A stretch of DNA of 64,000 nucleotides from a virus. The stretch's first letter is position 1, and every line of letters begins with the position of its first letter. Shown here piece after piece: positions 17,462-26,620 of the stretch. The notes below the pieces were generated by a model. It saw only the letters and a list, made by a program, of their open reading frames with translations, was not told where the DNA came from and made no database searches. A program made the position numbers and the translations under genes. The stretch is taken from the IMG/VR virus record IMGVR_UViG_3300027976_000006, positions 92,976 through 156,975 of that record; one strand, given 5' to 3'.

Positions 17462-18824
17462 GGCAGATGAACAGCAGCTACTAGCTGGCGTAAAAAAGGC
17501 TGTGGACTTGGTTGATAACCAAAACATAGATCCTACCGATGCCATGTATCAAGTAGCAAAATCTATGCAGTTTTCTCCCGGATTTTTAAAAGCAGCTTGC
17601 AACGCTTTTAACACAGGGAGACAGCTCGCCCAGTGGAACGCTAATGATTCTGCGCTGGATAAGCTGGCTAGTTTTACTTTGGCAGATTACTCGACAGTAC
17701 ACGACAGAATCTGGGGACAAAAAGTAGAAAAAGTTGCTTCAGTATCTAATTTTTTACCTGTCTTTGATTCTTACGAAGAACAAGCAAGACAGCAGTTTCT
17801 CCGCGCGGATTTAACTACGCTGGAAAAATCGGCAGCTGAAGTGCAACAGCACCCGTTAGCGCTGGAAGAGTACGCTGGAAACAAAGTCACAAAAAACTAC
17901 TCAAACTACGACTATTGCCGGCGTATGGCCGAAGAAGCTAGGCGAGAAAAATCAGCAAACGAAGACAGATTAAACCTTAAGCTACATCTGCTGGAAAATT
18001 ATTTCCGTAAGTTTGCCCAGGATCGGGTGCCGTTGGCACAAGTAGAACATGCTGTTTCAGTTTGTCGTGGCGCGGTGGGTAAGACACTTATGGACCACGT
18101 GGCGGGGAAATTTCAAAAAGAAAAAAGAGCAGCAGATCACAAAGCTAGCTGGGTAGGTTTTCAGCAAGAAGTCGACTGGAAAAAAGAACCTTACACATTA
18201 ATCGATGCCACAATAAAACAAGCTAGAGATTACTACAAGTCTGCGCTGGCACTGCAAAATCTAGAGATTAAAGCGGCAGAAGCTAAAGAAATTACTACTT
18301 CTTTTTATCGCCCTTATGTACCCAGCTATCCGGATAGCCGGCCTCCTTCTGTTAATCTTATGGAAGAAAAACGAGGGGCGGCACTTGCAAGCGGATTAGG
18401 GGGAGGACTAGGATTAGGATTAGCAAGCAGCATCGCTGGTTTGGCACGGGATTCCCACGACAAACTAGTAGACAAACAAATAAGGGAGTTAGATGCCCCT
18501 GACCATTTAAACGAGTTGCGAAAAATCAGGGCACAGACGGTACTCACTCAACTAATGAGTGATCCTGAAAATCCTTTAAGCCAATACGATCCAGAGGAAG
18601 TACTGGGTAAATACAATGAAATGGTGCAATTATCCCCAAGACTTGCAGATCAATCTGCAAGCATTGGACCTTTGTTAAACAAACGAATGCTTGGTAATAC
18701 GGAACCTTTTGAAATTTCTGAGCTGTTGAAAATGGAAGAAAGTGCCAAGAAAACTCAGACTTCACCTTCTCGTGACGATAACCAAATAGGAAACGCGCAA
18801 AATGGCAGCATTATCGCTAAGTAG
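17445..18824 (+). CDS. Helical head-region protein, possible internal virion protein
   Basis: ATG 17445 follows GGAG (track start 17400); DKLAS, EKVAS, EKSAA, KFAQ, EKRAA motifs; Gly zipper GLGGGLGLGLAS. Confidence 0.75.
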   Translation: MQPLNKADEQQLLAGVKKAVDLVDNQNIDPTDAMYQVAKSMQFSPGFLKAACNAFNTGRQLAQWNANDSALDKLASFTLADYSTVHDRIWGQKVEKVASVSNFLPVFDSYEEQARQQFLRADLTTLEKSAAEVQQHPLALEEYAGNKVTKNYSNYDYCRRMAEEARREKSANEDRLNLKLHLLENYFRKFAQDRVPLAQVEHAVSVCRGAVGKTLMDHVAGKFQKEKRAADHKASWVGFQQEVDWKKEPYTLIDATIKQARDYYKSALALQNLEIKAAEAKEITTSFYRPYVPSYPDSRPPSVNLMEEKRGAALASGLGGGLGLGLASSIAGLARDSHDKLVDKQIRELDAPDHLNELRKIRAQTVLTQLMSDPENPLSQYDPEEVLGKYNEMVQLSPRLADQSASIGPLLNKRMLGNTEPFEISELLKMEESAKKTQTSPSRDDNQIGNAQNGSIIAK

Positions 18825-19923
18825 TATTACTTATGAGCAAGGGTTGCAGTTACTGGCGGCTCGAAAGCAGGCTTTTGACTCGGGGCGTATCCGTCGTATG
18901 TCTAAAGAGGCAATGGCTACTTCCTTTTATTTGCGCGACATCGGTACAGATTTTTTAGGGAAGGTAGCAGAATCTGGTTTGCTCGATTCTTTAAAATCCG
19001 GATTTGGAAGTTTAGGATCTATGGATGCTTCTACGCGTAATGTGCTGTTATCGGGGTTAGCCGGTGCTGGCGTTGGGGCAGGCACAAATGCGGCATCCTC
19101 CCTACTGAAAGGCGAAGAAGGGGTAGGCTGGAAAGCGTTAACTGGTGGGTTGGCCGGTGGGGCTGTTGGGGGCGGGATTGGTTTGGCGCTTAACCCGGAT
19201 ATACTAAGCAAATTTGTTGACAAAAATCAAAACGGGCCACCCGATTCTACCCCTCCAAATAGAAATTCGCAAGTAGCTGCGGCTATAAAAAGCAGATCCC
19301 CAGCAGAACAGTTAGCGGAAATAGACAAGTTACAAGGTGTGGCAGACAGCAGTATGCCAGAAATTAAAAGCTACGCGGCACATGGGGCAAACGTGGCGGC
19401 GGGTGGCGCTGCTGGTGCCTATGTGGCAACTAGAGCTACATATAATCCTGATGACATTGCACATAAGCTACGCACCGAGCTACACATGGCAGACCCTAGC
19501 AACACTCACACCTACGAGCGGTTTCATCGTGGAATGACAGCCCCAGACCTCGGCGTAATTGACGACGTAGCCCGCGCCAAACTTAGAGATGACATGCTTA
19601 AAATGACTCGCGATCAGTTTAGAGATGCATATGTGCCTAAATCTCGGTTTGGGCGTATTCCTTCTACTTTTGCGAGTAATTTACATACAGCTGCCCCTAA
19701 CATGGCTGATGCGATTCTTAAAAACAATACTGTAACTGGCGGTATGTTTACTGGTGCGGGCAAAATACGATCGGGCAAGGCAGGTATACTGGCGGCACTA
19801 GCCGGACTCGTTGCGGCAGGGGCTGGGACTATACGCCACAACTACAATCAAAATAATGCAGAACGCAGCAATGCACAAGAAACATTAAAATCGTTAGCTG
19901 GTCTTACTAAGCAACAGCAGTAA
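18802..19923 (+). CDS. Glycine-zipper protein, possible ejection protein
   Basis: GLAGAGVGAG, GGLAGGAVGGGIGL, AAGGAAGA and GILAALAGLVAAGAG segments after GKVAE. Confidence 0.7.
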   Translation: MAALSLSSITYEQGLQLLAARKQAFDSGRIRRMSKEAMATSFYLRDIGTDFLGKVAESGLLDSLKSGFGSLGSMDASTRNVLLSGLAGAGVGAGTNAASSLLKGEEGVGWKALTGGLAGGAVGGGIGLALNPDILSKFVDKNQNGPPDSTPPNRNSQVAAAIKSRSPAEQLAEIDKLQGVADSSMPEIKSYAAHGANVAAGGAAGAYVATRATYNPDDIAHKLRTELHMADPSNTHTYERFHRGMTAPDLGVIDDVARAKLRDDMLKMTRDQFRDAYVPKSRFGRIPSTFASNLHTAAPNMADAILKNNTVTGGMFTGAGKIRSGKAGILAALAGLVAAGAGTIRHNYNQNNAERSNAQETLKSLAGLTKQQQ

Positions 19924-19935
19924 AGGAGCAAAGCC

Positions 19936-21414
19936 ATGGCGTTAATTAAACTTGTTTCTCCTGCTGGTTGGGACTTTGATCAGCAAATTGTTTCTCCGAT
20001 TAAAGTGAGTAGCCGTGGATTGATTGGTAACGATCGTCAAGAGTTTTTAAAACGGGCTAGTCATTCTTTTTTGGACCAGTTAGATAATGTTAAATTTGCC
20101 TCAGACGAAGTTCCTGTGCATTTAATCGCATTAGGTGCAAGTGAAGCTTATGGCCCCAATAGAAACGGTGATGGGTTTAAAGAAGCCACTTGTCGCGAGC
20201 ATCATGACACCTTTGTTAAATTTGCCAAATTTTTTCGCAATCATAAAAACAAGGCCGAGCGAGGCGATCCTTTCTATGGTGTGGTTAAAGCTTCTGCTTA
20301 TAACGAAGATATGCGACGGGTAGAATTGCTTTGTGCTTTAAACGCAAGCAAAGCAGCCGCGGATCGGAATGGTGGTTTTATTGCAGATACCGAGTTAGAA
20401 AAGATTGCGAAAGGCGAAGACATAGGCGTAAGCATGGCGTGCCGTGTTTCCCATGACGTTTGTTCTTTTTGCAAGCACGCAGCTAAAACACGAGACGAAT
20501 ACTGTACAAGAGAAAAGTGTGCAGCGGGTGGGTGCAAGGAAAATCTCACTAAGCTAGTAAAAGTCGGTAATGATGTGCATCATTTGCATGTCGACAATCC
20601 CAACCCAGTTTGGTTTGACATCAGCCGAGTTTTTCGCCCCGCGGATCGTATTGCTTATGGCACCCGTGCAGATTACCTAACCAAAGCAGCCGCAGATTCC
20701 GGCATATTCGAACTGCAGGATTACATCAAATTAGCTTCGGCTTCTACTGCTCCTCTGGCTGTCATTTTGTACCAAGCGGGGCACCACGGTTTATGGTCGG
20801 AAAAAAATACTGCCCAAGTTAAATTAGGATATGGGCTTGCTGCTCTTGAAAAATTTGCAGAAATGCTGGATGCTAATACTTACCGAGCCGTAGTAACCTC
20901 TGCTTTTCCTATAGAAAGGCTGGCAAAATTAGGTTCGGCACACTGTGATAAGCAGTTAGCCGCGTTGGCAGATAATAAAATATTTTTAACATTGTATGAT
21001 TATGCACGATTGGCAGGACAAGAAAAGTACATGAAAGCTGCAGCCGCGATACTCCCCGAAATATATACGCTAATGGCCGAGGATGAATCCTTGCCTTTAG
21101 CAATTGAGCGCGGGGTCGGCTCAATTGGCGATAAAACAGCTAATGAAAGTGCTAGGGCGTTTGCTGCCACGTTGACGGCGAGTCATTCGTTTCACCGAGT
21201 GGCAGCGGAAGACCGAAACCTTTTGAGCTGTATACGTGGGCAGGCTGCTCCTACGATCTGGCAAAAGGCAGCTGCATATAATTTGGAAGGCGAAAGCCTA
21301 GCCAAGGAGTATGCAATGTATAAGCTAGCAGGGTTATGGCGATTGGCTGCACTAGACAACGACTTTACTTCAACAGTCAAGTTAAGTCTTAAGCAGAATA
21401 GAATATTTAACTAG
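19936..21414 (+). CDS. Putative prohead (capsid maturation) protease
   Basis: NRNGDGF, FRNH (candidate catalytic His), GVSMAC (candidate Ser), CSFC Cys cluster, FDISRVFRPAD. Lies directly before the scaffold and capsid genes. Confidence 0.75.
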   Translation: MALIKLVSPAGWDFDQQIVSPIKVSSRGLIGNDRQEFLKRASHSFLDQLDNVKFASDEVPVHLIALGASEAYGPNRNGDGFKEATCREHHDTFVKFAKFFRNHKNKAERGDPFYGVVKASAYNEDMRRVELLCALNASKAAADRNGGFIADTELEKIAKGEDIGVSMACRVSHDVCSFCKHAAKTRDEYCTREKCAAGGCKENLTKLVKVGNDVHHLHVDNPNPVWFDISRVFRPADRIAYGTRADYLTKAAADSGIFELQDYIKLASASTAPLAVILYQAGHHGLWSEKNTAQVKLGYGLAALEKFAEMLDANTYRAVVTSAFPIERLAKLGSAHCDKQLAALADNKIFLTLYDYARLAGQEKYMKAAAAILPEIYTLMAEDESLPLAIERGVGSIGDKTANESARAFAATLTASHSFHRVAAEDRNLLSCIRGQAAPTIWQKAAAYNLEGESLAKEYAMYKLAGLWRLAALDNDFTSTVKLSLKQNRIFN

Positions 21415-21454
21415 GTCATCGGAACTCGGTGCCGTTTTCAAGGAGTACATCTAA

Positions 21455-22708
21455 ATGGCGACAACAGTTAAGACTCAAATAGACTCTATTGATCGATTTC
21501 TAAAAGCCGTAGGCTATTCTGAAAAGAATGCCGAGGCGAACACAGAGGCAGGTTCAATTGGTGGAGACACCACCCATCCTATTAAAGATGTGGATGATTC
21601 CACAGAAGACGCAACAGAAGGTTTCCGTTCTACCGAAAACACAGCAGATGTTAAGGCCGACCAAGGTCCTGCTTCTGTTGAAAATGCTAAAAAGGCTGCA
21701 GCTAGAAAACGTGCTTCGGTGCGTAAACGAGCCGATGAACACGATCCTAACGGGTCGGCCTCGGATGATCAAATACAGATTGGTACTAACAAAAAACCAA
21801 CAGGGGAAGATCCTTCAGTGGAAACTTCCTCAGTAAAATCAGAAAAAGAAGATACCGACACGGCACATCCGGCTAGCACTGACAATAGTGAATTAGACGG
21901 CAACAAGTATGCCTCTATGTCAACGGCACAGCTTTACAAGATTTCAAATGATCTTGGGAATCGTGTTCTTGTTGCGCTGACAAAATTTGCCGACAAGGCC
22001 GATTTTATGGATGATGACGACTCTGACCGCAACGACTCTGAATCTGAATCTGACTCTGAAGTCACAGAAGAAAAAGATGCAGTAGACCTTGCTGGGCAAG
22101 CTGGTTGGGAACTTGCAGGTTTGTTAAGCGGTAAGTTTGACAAACGTGCTGCCGACTCGCTTGTATATTCAACTTTAAGCGAAATTATCAAGACTGCTAA
22201 CGACGATGCAGATAAAGCTGCAGTTTACTTGCAGAGCTATCACACTGAATTGCGTAAGCAAGCTGAGGGAGAGGAAGAAGCCGCTTTAGCCGCCATGGGC
22301 GGTGGTGGCGGTGACGAGGCTGCTTTAGCACAAGCTATGATGGATGGTGGCGGTATGGGCGATGGCGGTATGGGCGATGTCGGTATGGGCGATGGTGGTG
22401 GTGCTGGCGGTATGGGTGACGGCGGCGGCGACGGTGCTGACGGTGGTGGTGATGTAGAACAATTAGCCGCTATCTTAGATCAACTTGGCATTTCTCCTGA
22501 AGAGTTAGAGGCTGCTATGTCTGAGCATGGCTCCGAAGGTGCTGGTGCTGGGCAGCCAGACGCAATGGCTTCTGCCCCGCCTTCTCCTGATGAAGAACCT
22601 AAAATGGAGGTTGAAGCGGCACATAAACAAGCAGTAGCTAAAAAGGGGGCGGCGTCTAAAAATGTGCGGGATTACATTCAGGAAGTTCTGGAGCGTTCCC
22701 GCCGTTAA
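21455..22708 (+). CDS. Putative capsid scaffolding protein
   Basis: Acidic and low-complexity (GDGGM repeats); many K-x-A motifs; short C-terminal helix NVRDYIQEVLERSRR; lies between protease and capsid genes. Confidence 0.55.
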   Translation: MATTVKTQIDSIDRFLKAVGYSEKNAEANTEAGSIGGDTTHPIKDVDDSTEDATEGFRSTENTADVKADQGPASVENAKKAAARKRASVRKRADEHDPNGSASDDQIQIGTNKKPTGEDPSVETSSVKSEKEDTDTAHPASTDNSELDGNKYASMSTAQLYKISNDLGNRVLVALTKFADKADFMDDDDSDRNDSESESDSEVTEEKDAVDLAGQAGWELAGLLSGKFDKRAADSLVYSTLSEIIKTANDDADKAAVYLQSYHTELRKQAEGEEEAALAAMGGGGGDEAALAQAMMDGGGMGDGGMGDVGMGDGGGAGGMGDGGGDGADGGGDVEQLAAILDQLGISPEELEAAMSEHGSEGAGAGQPDAMASAPPSPDEEPKMEVEAAHKQAVAKKGAASKNVRDYIQEVLERSRR

Positions 22709-22750
22709 TTTTTTTTTTTGTTTGAATCTTATTTTTGGAGGATTTGCACA

Positions 22751-23191
22751 GTGAACACAAAAACCGCGGCCATGCTTGTCGAATACATTGCCTCTGCCTC
22801 GACATTAACCGAACGTTTGTTAAAACAAGCACACATACAATATGAACACAACAAGCAGGCTGCCTCCAGGCGGAGTGCTGTTCTTGCTCGACTAGAGCAG
22901 ACTGGGTGTATTGCCCCGCATCAAAAACAGGCAGCTGCTGCGATGCTGGATAATCATGCCCATAGTTTAGACTTATTAAGCAATGCCATTGATAAGGTGC
23001 AGCAACTTAAAACTGCTGTAGAAAAAACCGGCACTGACCTCGGACAAGCTGTTTCGGACAGAGAAGCAGGCATTAAGCCCGCTAACAAAGGCCGTAACAG
23101 TTTAAATGACCCATATGTGGGCCGACGTACTTCTGAAAAGAAGGCATCGGATATAGCGATTTGGGCGGTTATGGACGCCCCTGGTTATTAA
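22751..23191 (+). CDS. Helical head-region protein
   Basis: GTG 22751 follows GGAGGA (track start TTG 22718); KTAA, KQAH, KQAAS, KQAAA and KKAS motifs. Confidence 0.75.
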   Translation: MNTKTAAMLVEYIASASTLTERLLKQAHIQYEHNKQAASRRSAVLARLEQTGCIAPHQKQAAAAMLDNHAHSLDLLSNAIDKVQQLKTAVEKTGTDLGQAVSDREAGIKPANKGRNSLNDPYVGRRTSEKKASDIAIWAVMDAPGY

Positions 23192-23245
23192 TTTTAACAC
23201 TAAAGACTCGTTTGAGTCTTAAACACAAGTCTTAGGAGGACGATT

Positions 23246-23776
23246 ATGGCTGCTCCACGGCAAATGACTGCCAACACCCTTAACGCGTTAAAGGGTTGGC
23301 CCCAGATGAACGCAGTAGACTACGCAACATCAATTGATGCGTCTGTAACTACTGTTGTCCCAGCTGGTTCGGTGGTTTCGTTAAATTCATCTGGTAAATT
23401 CATTCTTGGTGTAGGCAATCTTAAAGTAATGCCTATGTTTCTTTTTGCCAATTCGGATGATCCAGATATTACCAATGACGGTGGAGATGCCTCCACTGTT
23501 AAAGGCGTATTTATTCCGATAGGCCCAACTGGACAAGCTTTGGCTCTGGTAGCAACTGGGGCATACGAGTTGGTAAGTACCACTTATGTCTCTGGTTCTT
23601 ACGCTCCAAACGCTGCCTTAACTTCTGCGACGACTGGTGCAAATGCCGGTAAACTTGCAGCAGGCACGATGTATACCAATATGATTGTTGGTATAGTTTC
23701 CCGCGGTGTTGTAGACAATGGTTACGGCAAGAATGCTTTAGCATTTTGGCCTTGCCCCGTGTTCCCTACTGCTTAA
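23246..23776 (+). CDS. Putative capsid decoration/cement protein
   Basis: AGGAGG upstream; 176 aa, small-residue and beta-rich (YAPNAALTS...GKL, VGIVSRG); immediately before the capsid gene. Confidence 0.55.
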   Translation: MAAPRQMTANTLNALKGWPQMNAVDYATSIDASVTTVVPAGSVVSLNSSGKFILGVGNLKVMPMFLFANSDDPDITNDGGDASTVKGVFIPIGPTGQALALVATGAYELVSTTYVSGSYAPNAALTSATTGANAGKLAAGTMYTNMIVGIVSRGVVDNGYGKNALAFWPCPVFPTA

Positions 23777-23838
23777 TTTTTAAATATTAACTCAATCTAA
23801 CCACAAGTTTGATTGATACCACAAGGAGGTTTTTACGC

Positions 23839-24786
23839 ATGTCTAATTCCAATACTATGACTCAAGAAGAAAGCAAACTTCTTAGTCAGACAATTTTTGA
23901 AAAGTTGGCTTCTAGGGACTCTGGTCTTGAAAAGCAAGCCGTTGACGCCGTTAACGACTTTACTAGAACTAAGATGCGCGAAGATGGATTTTATCGTAGG
24001 ATTATGCCGCCGATTCCATTAAGCAACGATGATCTTGATCGCCAAGTCGATACGGACAAACCTGTAAAGATTGTGGACAAGGAACCTGATAGTCCAGCGG
24101 CTATCTCAATTCCTTTTGCCACGCTTCCCACTAACCTGTACATTCGTGGTGACAGGTACAAAGTTACTTTTGACCGCATCGTGACCCCTAAATTCACGAA
24201 AGATGTGGACGAACTTCGTACTTGGCACATGGACATCCGCCAAATTTTGTCGGACAATGCCATTAAGGATATGCTAGCGGAAGAAGATGGAAAATTTATT
24301 TCTGCGGTCAACACCGCTCTAGTTGGTGCAGAAACAATTGTTCCTACCTCTGGCGTAATCCAGTACAAGCAGCTTGGTGGTGGCGTCACCCGTGGCAACT
24401 TGTGGGATAGCTTCAAGATTATGCCAAGCACGCCTTCTAATCTGGAAGTTCACTCTGTCCTGCTTAATAACATCACGATTAAAGAAGTTGCAAAACTTAA
24501 TCGTACTGAGATGGGCGGCGACCTTAGCGAAGAGATTATGCGTAATGGTTGGACTTACAGTGAATTCATGGGAGTTCAGTGGATCATCACAATTAAGAAG
24601 GGACTTGTCCCGACTAACACGATGTATCATTTCGCAGACCCTAAATTTATTGGCAAGAGCTATATGATAGAAGACACTACGATGTATATCCGTCGTGAAG
24701 CGTATTTTATCGAATTTTTTGCCTATGAAACTTTGGGTGGCACCATTGGGCATACCTCCGGTCTTGCTCGGGTTGACTTTACCTAA
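23839..24786 (+). CDS. Putative major capsid protein (HK97-like fold)
   Basis: ATG 23839 follows AAGGAGG (track start 23809); ~315 aa. Backbone-helix-like IKDMLAEEDGKFISAV and C-terminal FFAYETLGGTIGHTSGLARVDF. Followed by a terminator. Confidence 0.75.
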   Translation: MSNSNTMTQEESKLLSQTIFEKLASRDSGLEKQAVDAVNDFTRTKMREDGFYRRIMPPIPLSNDDLDRQVDTDKPVKIVDKEPDSPAAISIPFATLPTNLYIRGDRYKVTFDRIVTPKFTKDVDELRTWHMDIRQILSDNAIKDMLAEEDGKFISAVNTALVGAETIVPTSGVIQYKQLGGGVTRGNLWDSFKIMPSTPSNLEVHSVLLNNITIKEVAKLNRTEMGGDLSEEIMRNGWTYSEFMGVQWIITIKKGLVPTNTMYHFADPKFIGKSYMIEDTTMYIRREAYFIEFFAYETLGGTIGHTSGLARVDFT

Positions 24787-24794
24787 TCACAAGT

Positions 24795-24832
24795 CTAAGT
24801 TAGCCCTGGACTGCTGGGGCTAACTTAGTTTT
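24795..24832 (+). terminator. Intrinsic terminator after the capsid gene
   Basis: Perfect 12-bp inverted repeat CTAAGTTAGCCC / GGGCTAACTTAG followed by TTTT. Confidence 0.75.
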
Positions 24833-24858
24833 AAAATCCAGAATTGGAGTAATGAATT

Positions 24859-25242
24859 ATGTCTAAGCTTCCTAATCCTACTGACGCTTACAACTATTTG
24901 TTTAACAAGGTGCATGCTCAAGTATTTTTGAACAAATTAGCCAGTTACGGTATTACCCCTAGTACCGAACAGGAAGTTTCAGATTTATTTGAACTTGCCG
25001 GACAACTGCGACATATCGAAAGCCCCGAAAAGCAAGCTGCAGAGGGTAGCCGTTTTGGCTCCGCCGTAGCTGGACTTAACGAGGCTATAAATGCGACCCC
25101 TCAAGGTCAATGGCAGCAAGCAGTATATGAAGATTCCGCAGTAAAGCAGGCAACTTATGATTTAGCAAATGACCCTGCTATCTATGCTTCCATCCTTTCG
25201 TTGAAAGCGCACGAAGCCGCTGTTTTGGCTGGTAACAGCTAA
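24859..25242 (+). CDS. Hypothetical head-region protein
   Basis: GGAG upstream; NKLAS, EKQAA and VKQAT motifs. Confidence 0.8.
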   Translation: MSKLPNPTDAYNYLFNKVHAQVFLNKLASYGITPSTEQEVSDLFELAGQLRHIESPEKQAAEGSRFGSAVAGLNEAINATPQGQWQQAVYEDSAVKQATYDLANDPAIYASILSLKAHEAAVLAGNS

Positions 25243-25286
25243 GCCAGTTACTTCAAAAAACTTTCTATAAAAGTATGCAATTTAAG

Positions 25287-25324
25287 ATCGACTGGTTACA
25301 ATAAACCGGTCGATTTTTTATTTT
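25287..25324 (+). terminator. Intrinsic terminator
   Basis: ATCGACTGGTT-ACAATA-AACCGGTCGAT stem with one G-U pair, followed by TTTTTATTTT. Confidence 0.75.
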
Positions 25325-25332
25325 AGAAAGTA

Positions 25333-26559
25333 GTGCTTATGAAATTAAGTCTGTTCACTCCTACGCATAAACCCACTTACCTAGTTAAAGCGTATGACTC
25401 GTTGAAAGCACAGACGCTTACTGATTGGGAATGGGTTATTCTACCCAACGGCCCAGATGCTAAAATCCCCGAAATTATACAGAATGATGTAAGGGTAAAG
25501 ATAATAACTACTGGCGATAATTCACACAACATAGGGGCGCTAAAGCGGGCTGTGTGTGATGCGGCAACAGGCGATGCGTTTATTGAGTTTGACCACGATG
25601 ATTTGCTAGTGCCGGGAGAAAGTCTGCAAAAAATCCATGACAAATTCGAGGAGGGTGCCGGTTTTGTTTATTCAGATGCCGCCGTATTTAAGCACAAAGG
25701 TAATTCGGAATTTAATCCATTTACTTATTCTGCCCAATACGGCTGGCAAGATTACGAAATTAATGCGTATGGGCATAACCTGCGGGCTAGCCGTTGCTTT
25801 CCTGTGTCTCCTCGTTCTTTAGCTGAGATTTATTATTGTCCAGACCATGTGCGATGTTGGTCCCGTGCTGCTTATTACAAGGCTGGCGGGCATAACCCTG
25901 ATTTGTCTGTTTGTGACGATCACGAGTTGATGATTAAAACCTACATAAGCGGGGCTAACTTTGAACACACCGGCGGATGTCATTACTTGTACCGAATGTT
26001 TGAGCATAATACAGTGTGGGCTAGGAACAACTTAATTCAAGAAACCACGTTAAAATTACGACAGCAATATGTACAGCAGTTAATTCAGTCTTGGTTAACC
26101 CGGAATAACTTGCCTTCACTGGACATCACGCAGCTACGCACTGAAGGGTGGAAAGCAGATACGCAATTGTTACAAGGGTTTGGTCATAATATGTATGGGC
26201 ACATAGTAGCTGACACCGAGTTACAGTGGTGGGCAGGCCGACAAGTAAGGGAATTCATGAACGTGGCTTATGCTGCTTTAATCCCAGGTGGCTATCTAAC
26301 GATTACAGTACCAGAGGTAAAGTCTGGAATGGGTTATGGCGACGTGGAGTGGCAATCGTATTTCAGCAACACAAGTATGTGCCCATACACGCGCAGTAAC
26401 TTTGCGAAAAGTAATGGGAATATCACTTGCAGATTTCAGCAAATTAATTGTTTGGAAGTTTTTCCTTCAGATTGGCACAAAGAGAATAAGTTTAAATTTT
26501 TACGCTTCGAGCTTGTGGCTTTAAAAGGGCAAAGACACCCGGGATTACAACATATTTAA
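25333..26559 (+). CDS. GT2-family glycosyltransferase with a C-terminal methyltransferase-like segment
   Basis: LSLFTPTH, SLKAQTLTDWEWVIL, ATGDAFIEFDHDD (DxD), CDDHEL, LYR. C-terminal FMNVAYAALIPGGYLTITVP. Start is GTG 25333 or ATG 25339. Confidence 0.85.
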   Translation: MLMKLSLFTPTHKPTYLVKAYDSLKAQTLTDWEWVILPNGPDAKIPEIIQNDVRVKIITTGDNSHNIGALKRAVCDAATGDAFIEFDHDDLLVPGESLQKIHDKFEEGAGFVYSDAAVFKHKGNSEFNPFTYSAQYGWQDYEINAYGHNLRASRCFPVSPRSLAEIYYCPDHVRCWSRAAYYKAGGHNPDLSVCDDHELMIKTYISGANFEHTGGCHYLYRMFEHNTVWARNNLIQETTLKLRQQYVQQLIQSWLTRNNLPSLDITQLRTEGWKADTQLLQGFGHNMYGHIVADTELQWWAGRQVREFMNVAYAALIPGGYLTITVPEVKSGMGYGDVEWQSYFSNTSMCPYTRSNFAKSNGNITCRFQQINCLEVFPSDWHKENKFKFLRFELVALKGQRHPGLQHI

Positions 26560-26620
26560 GCTACTACTATTTAGATTTCTTGTTTAACCGCTTACAATAT
26601 TTTAAAAGGAGTATGCGAAT

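Noticed and set aside
22709-22719. T11 tract as a terminator or phase-variation site
   Set aside because: It is intergenic, has no convincing upstream stem, and its length does not affect a reading frame.
23203-24793. Short hairpin AAGACTC-GTTT-GAGTCTT and repeated CACAAG in leaders of head genes
   Set aside because: Too short. CACAAG partly overlaps the Shine-Dalgarno context and is not distinguishable from chance by eye.
26570-26598. Sigma70-type promoter TTTAGA-17-TACAAT (also AT-rich gaps at 7590-7650 and 12891-12970)
   Set aside because: The -35 matches are weak in AT-rich DNA and cannot be supported without start-site data.
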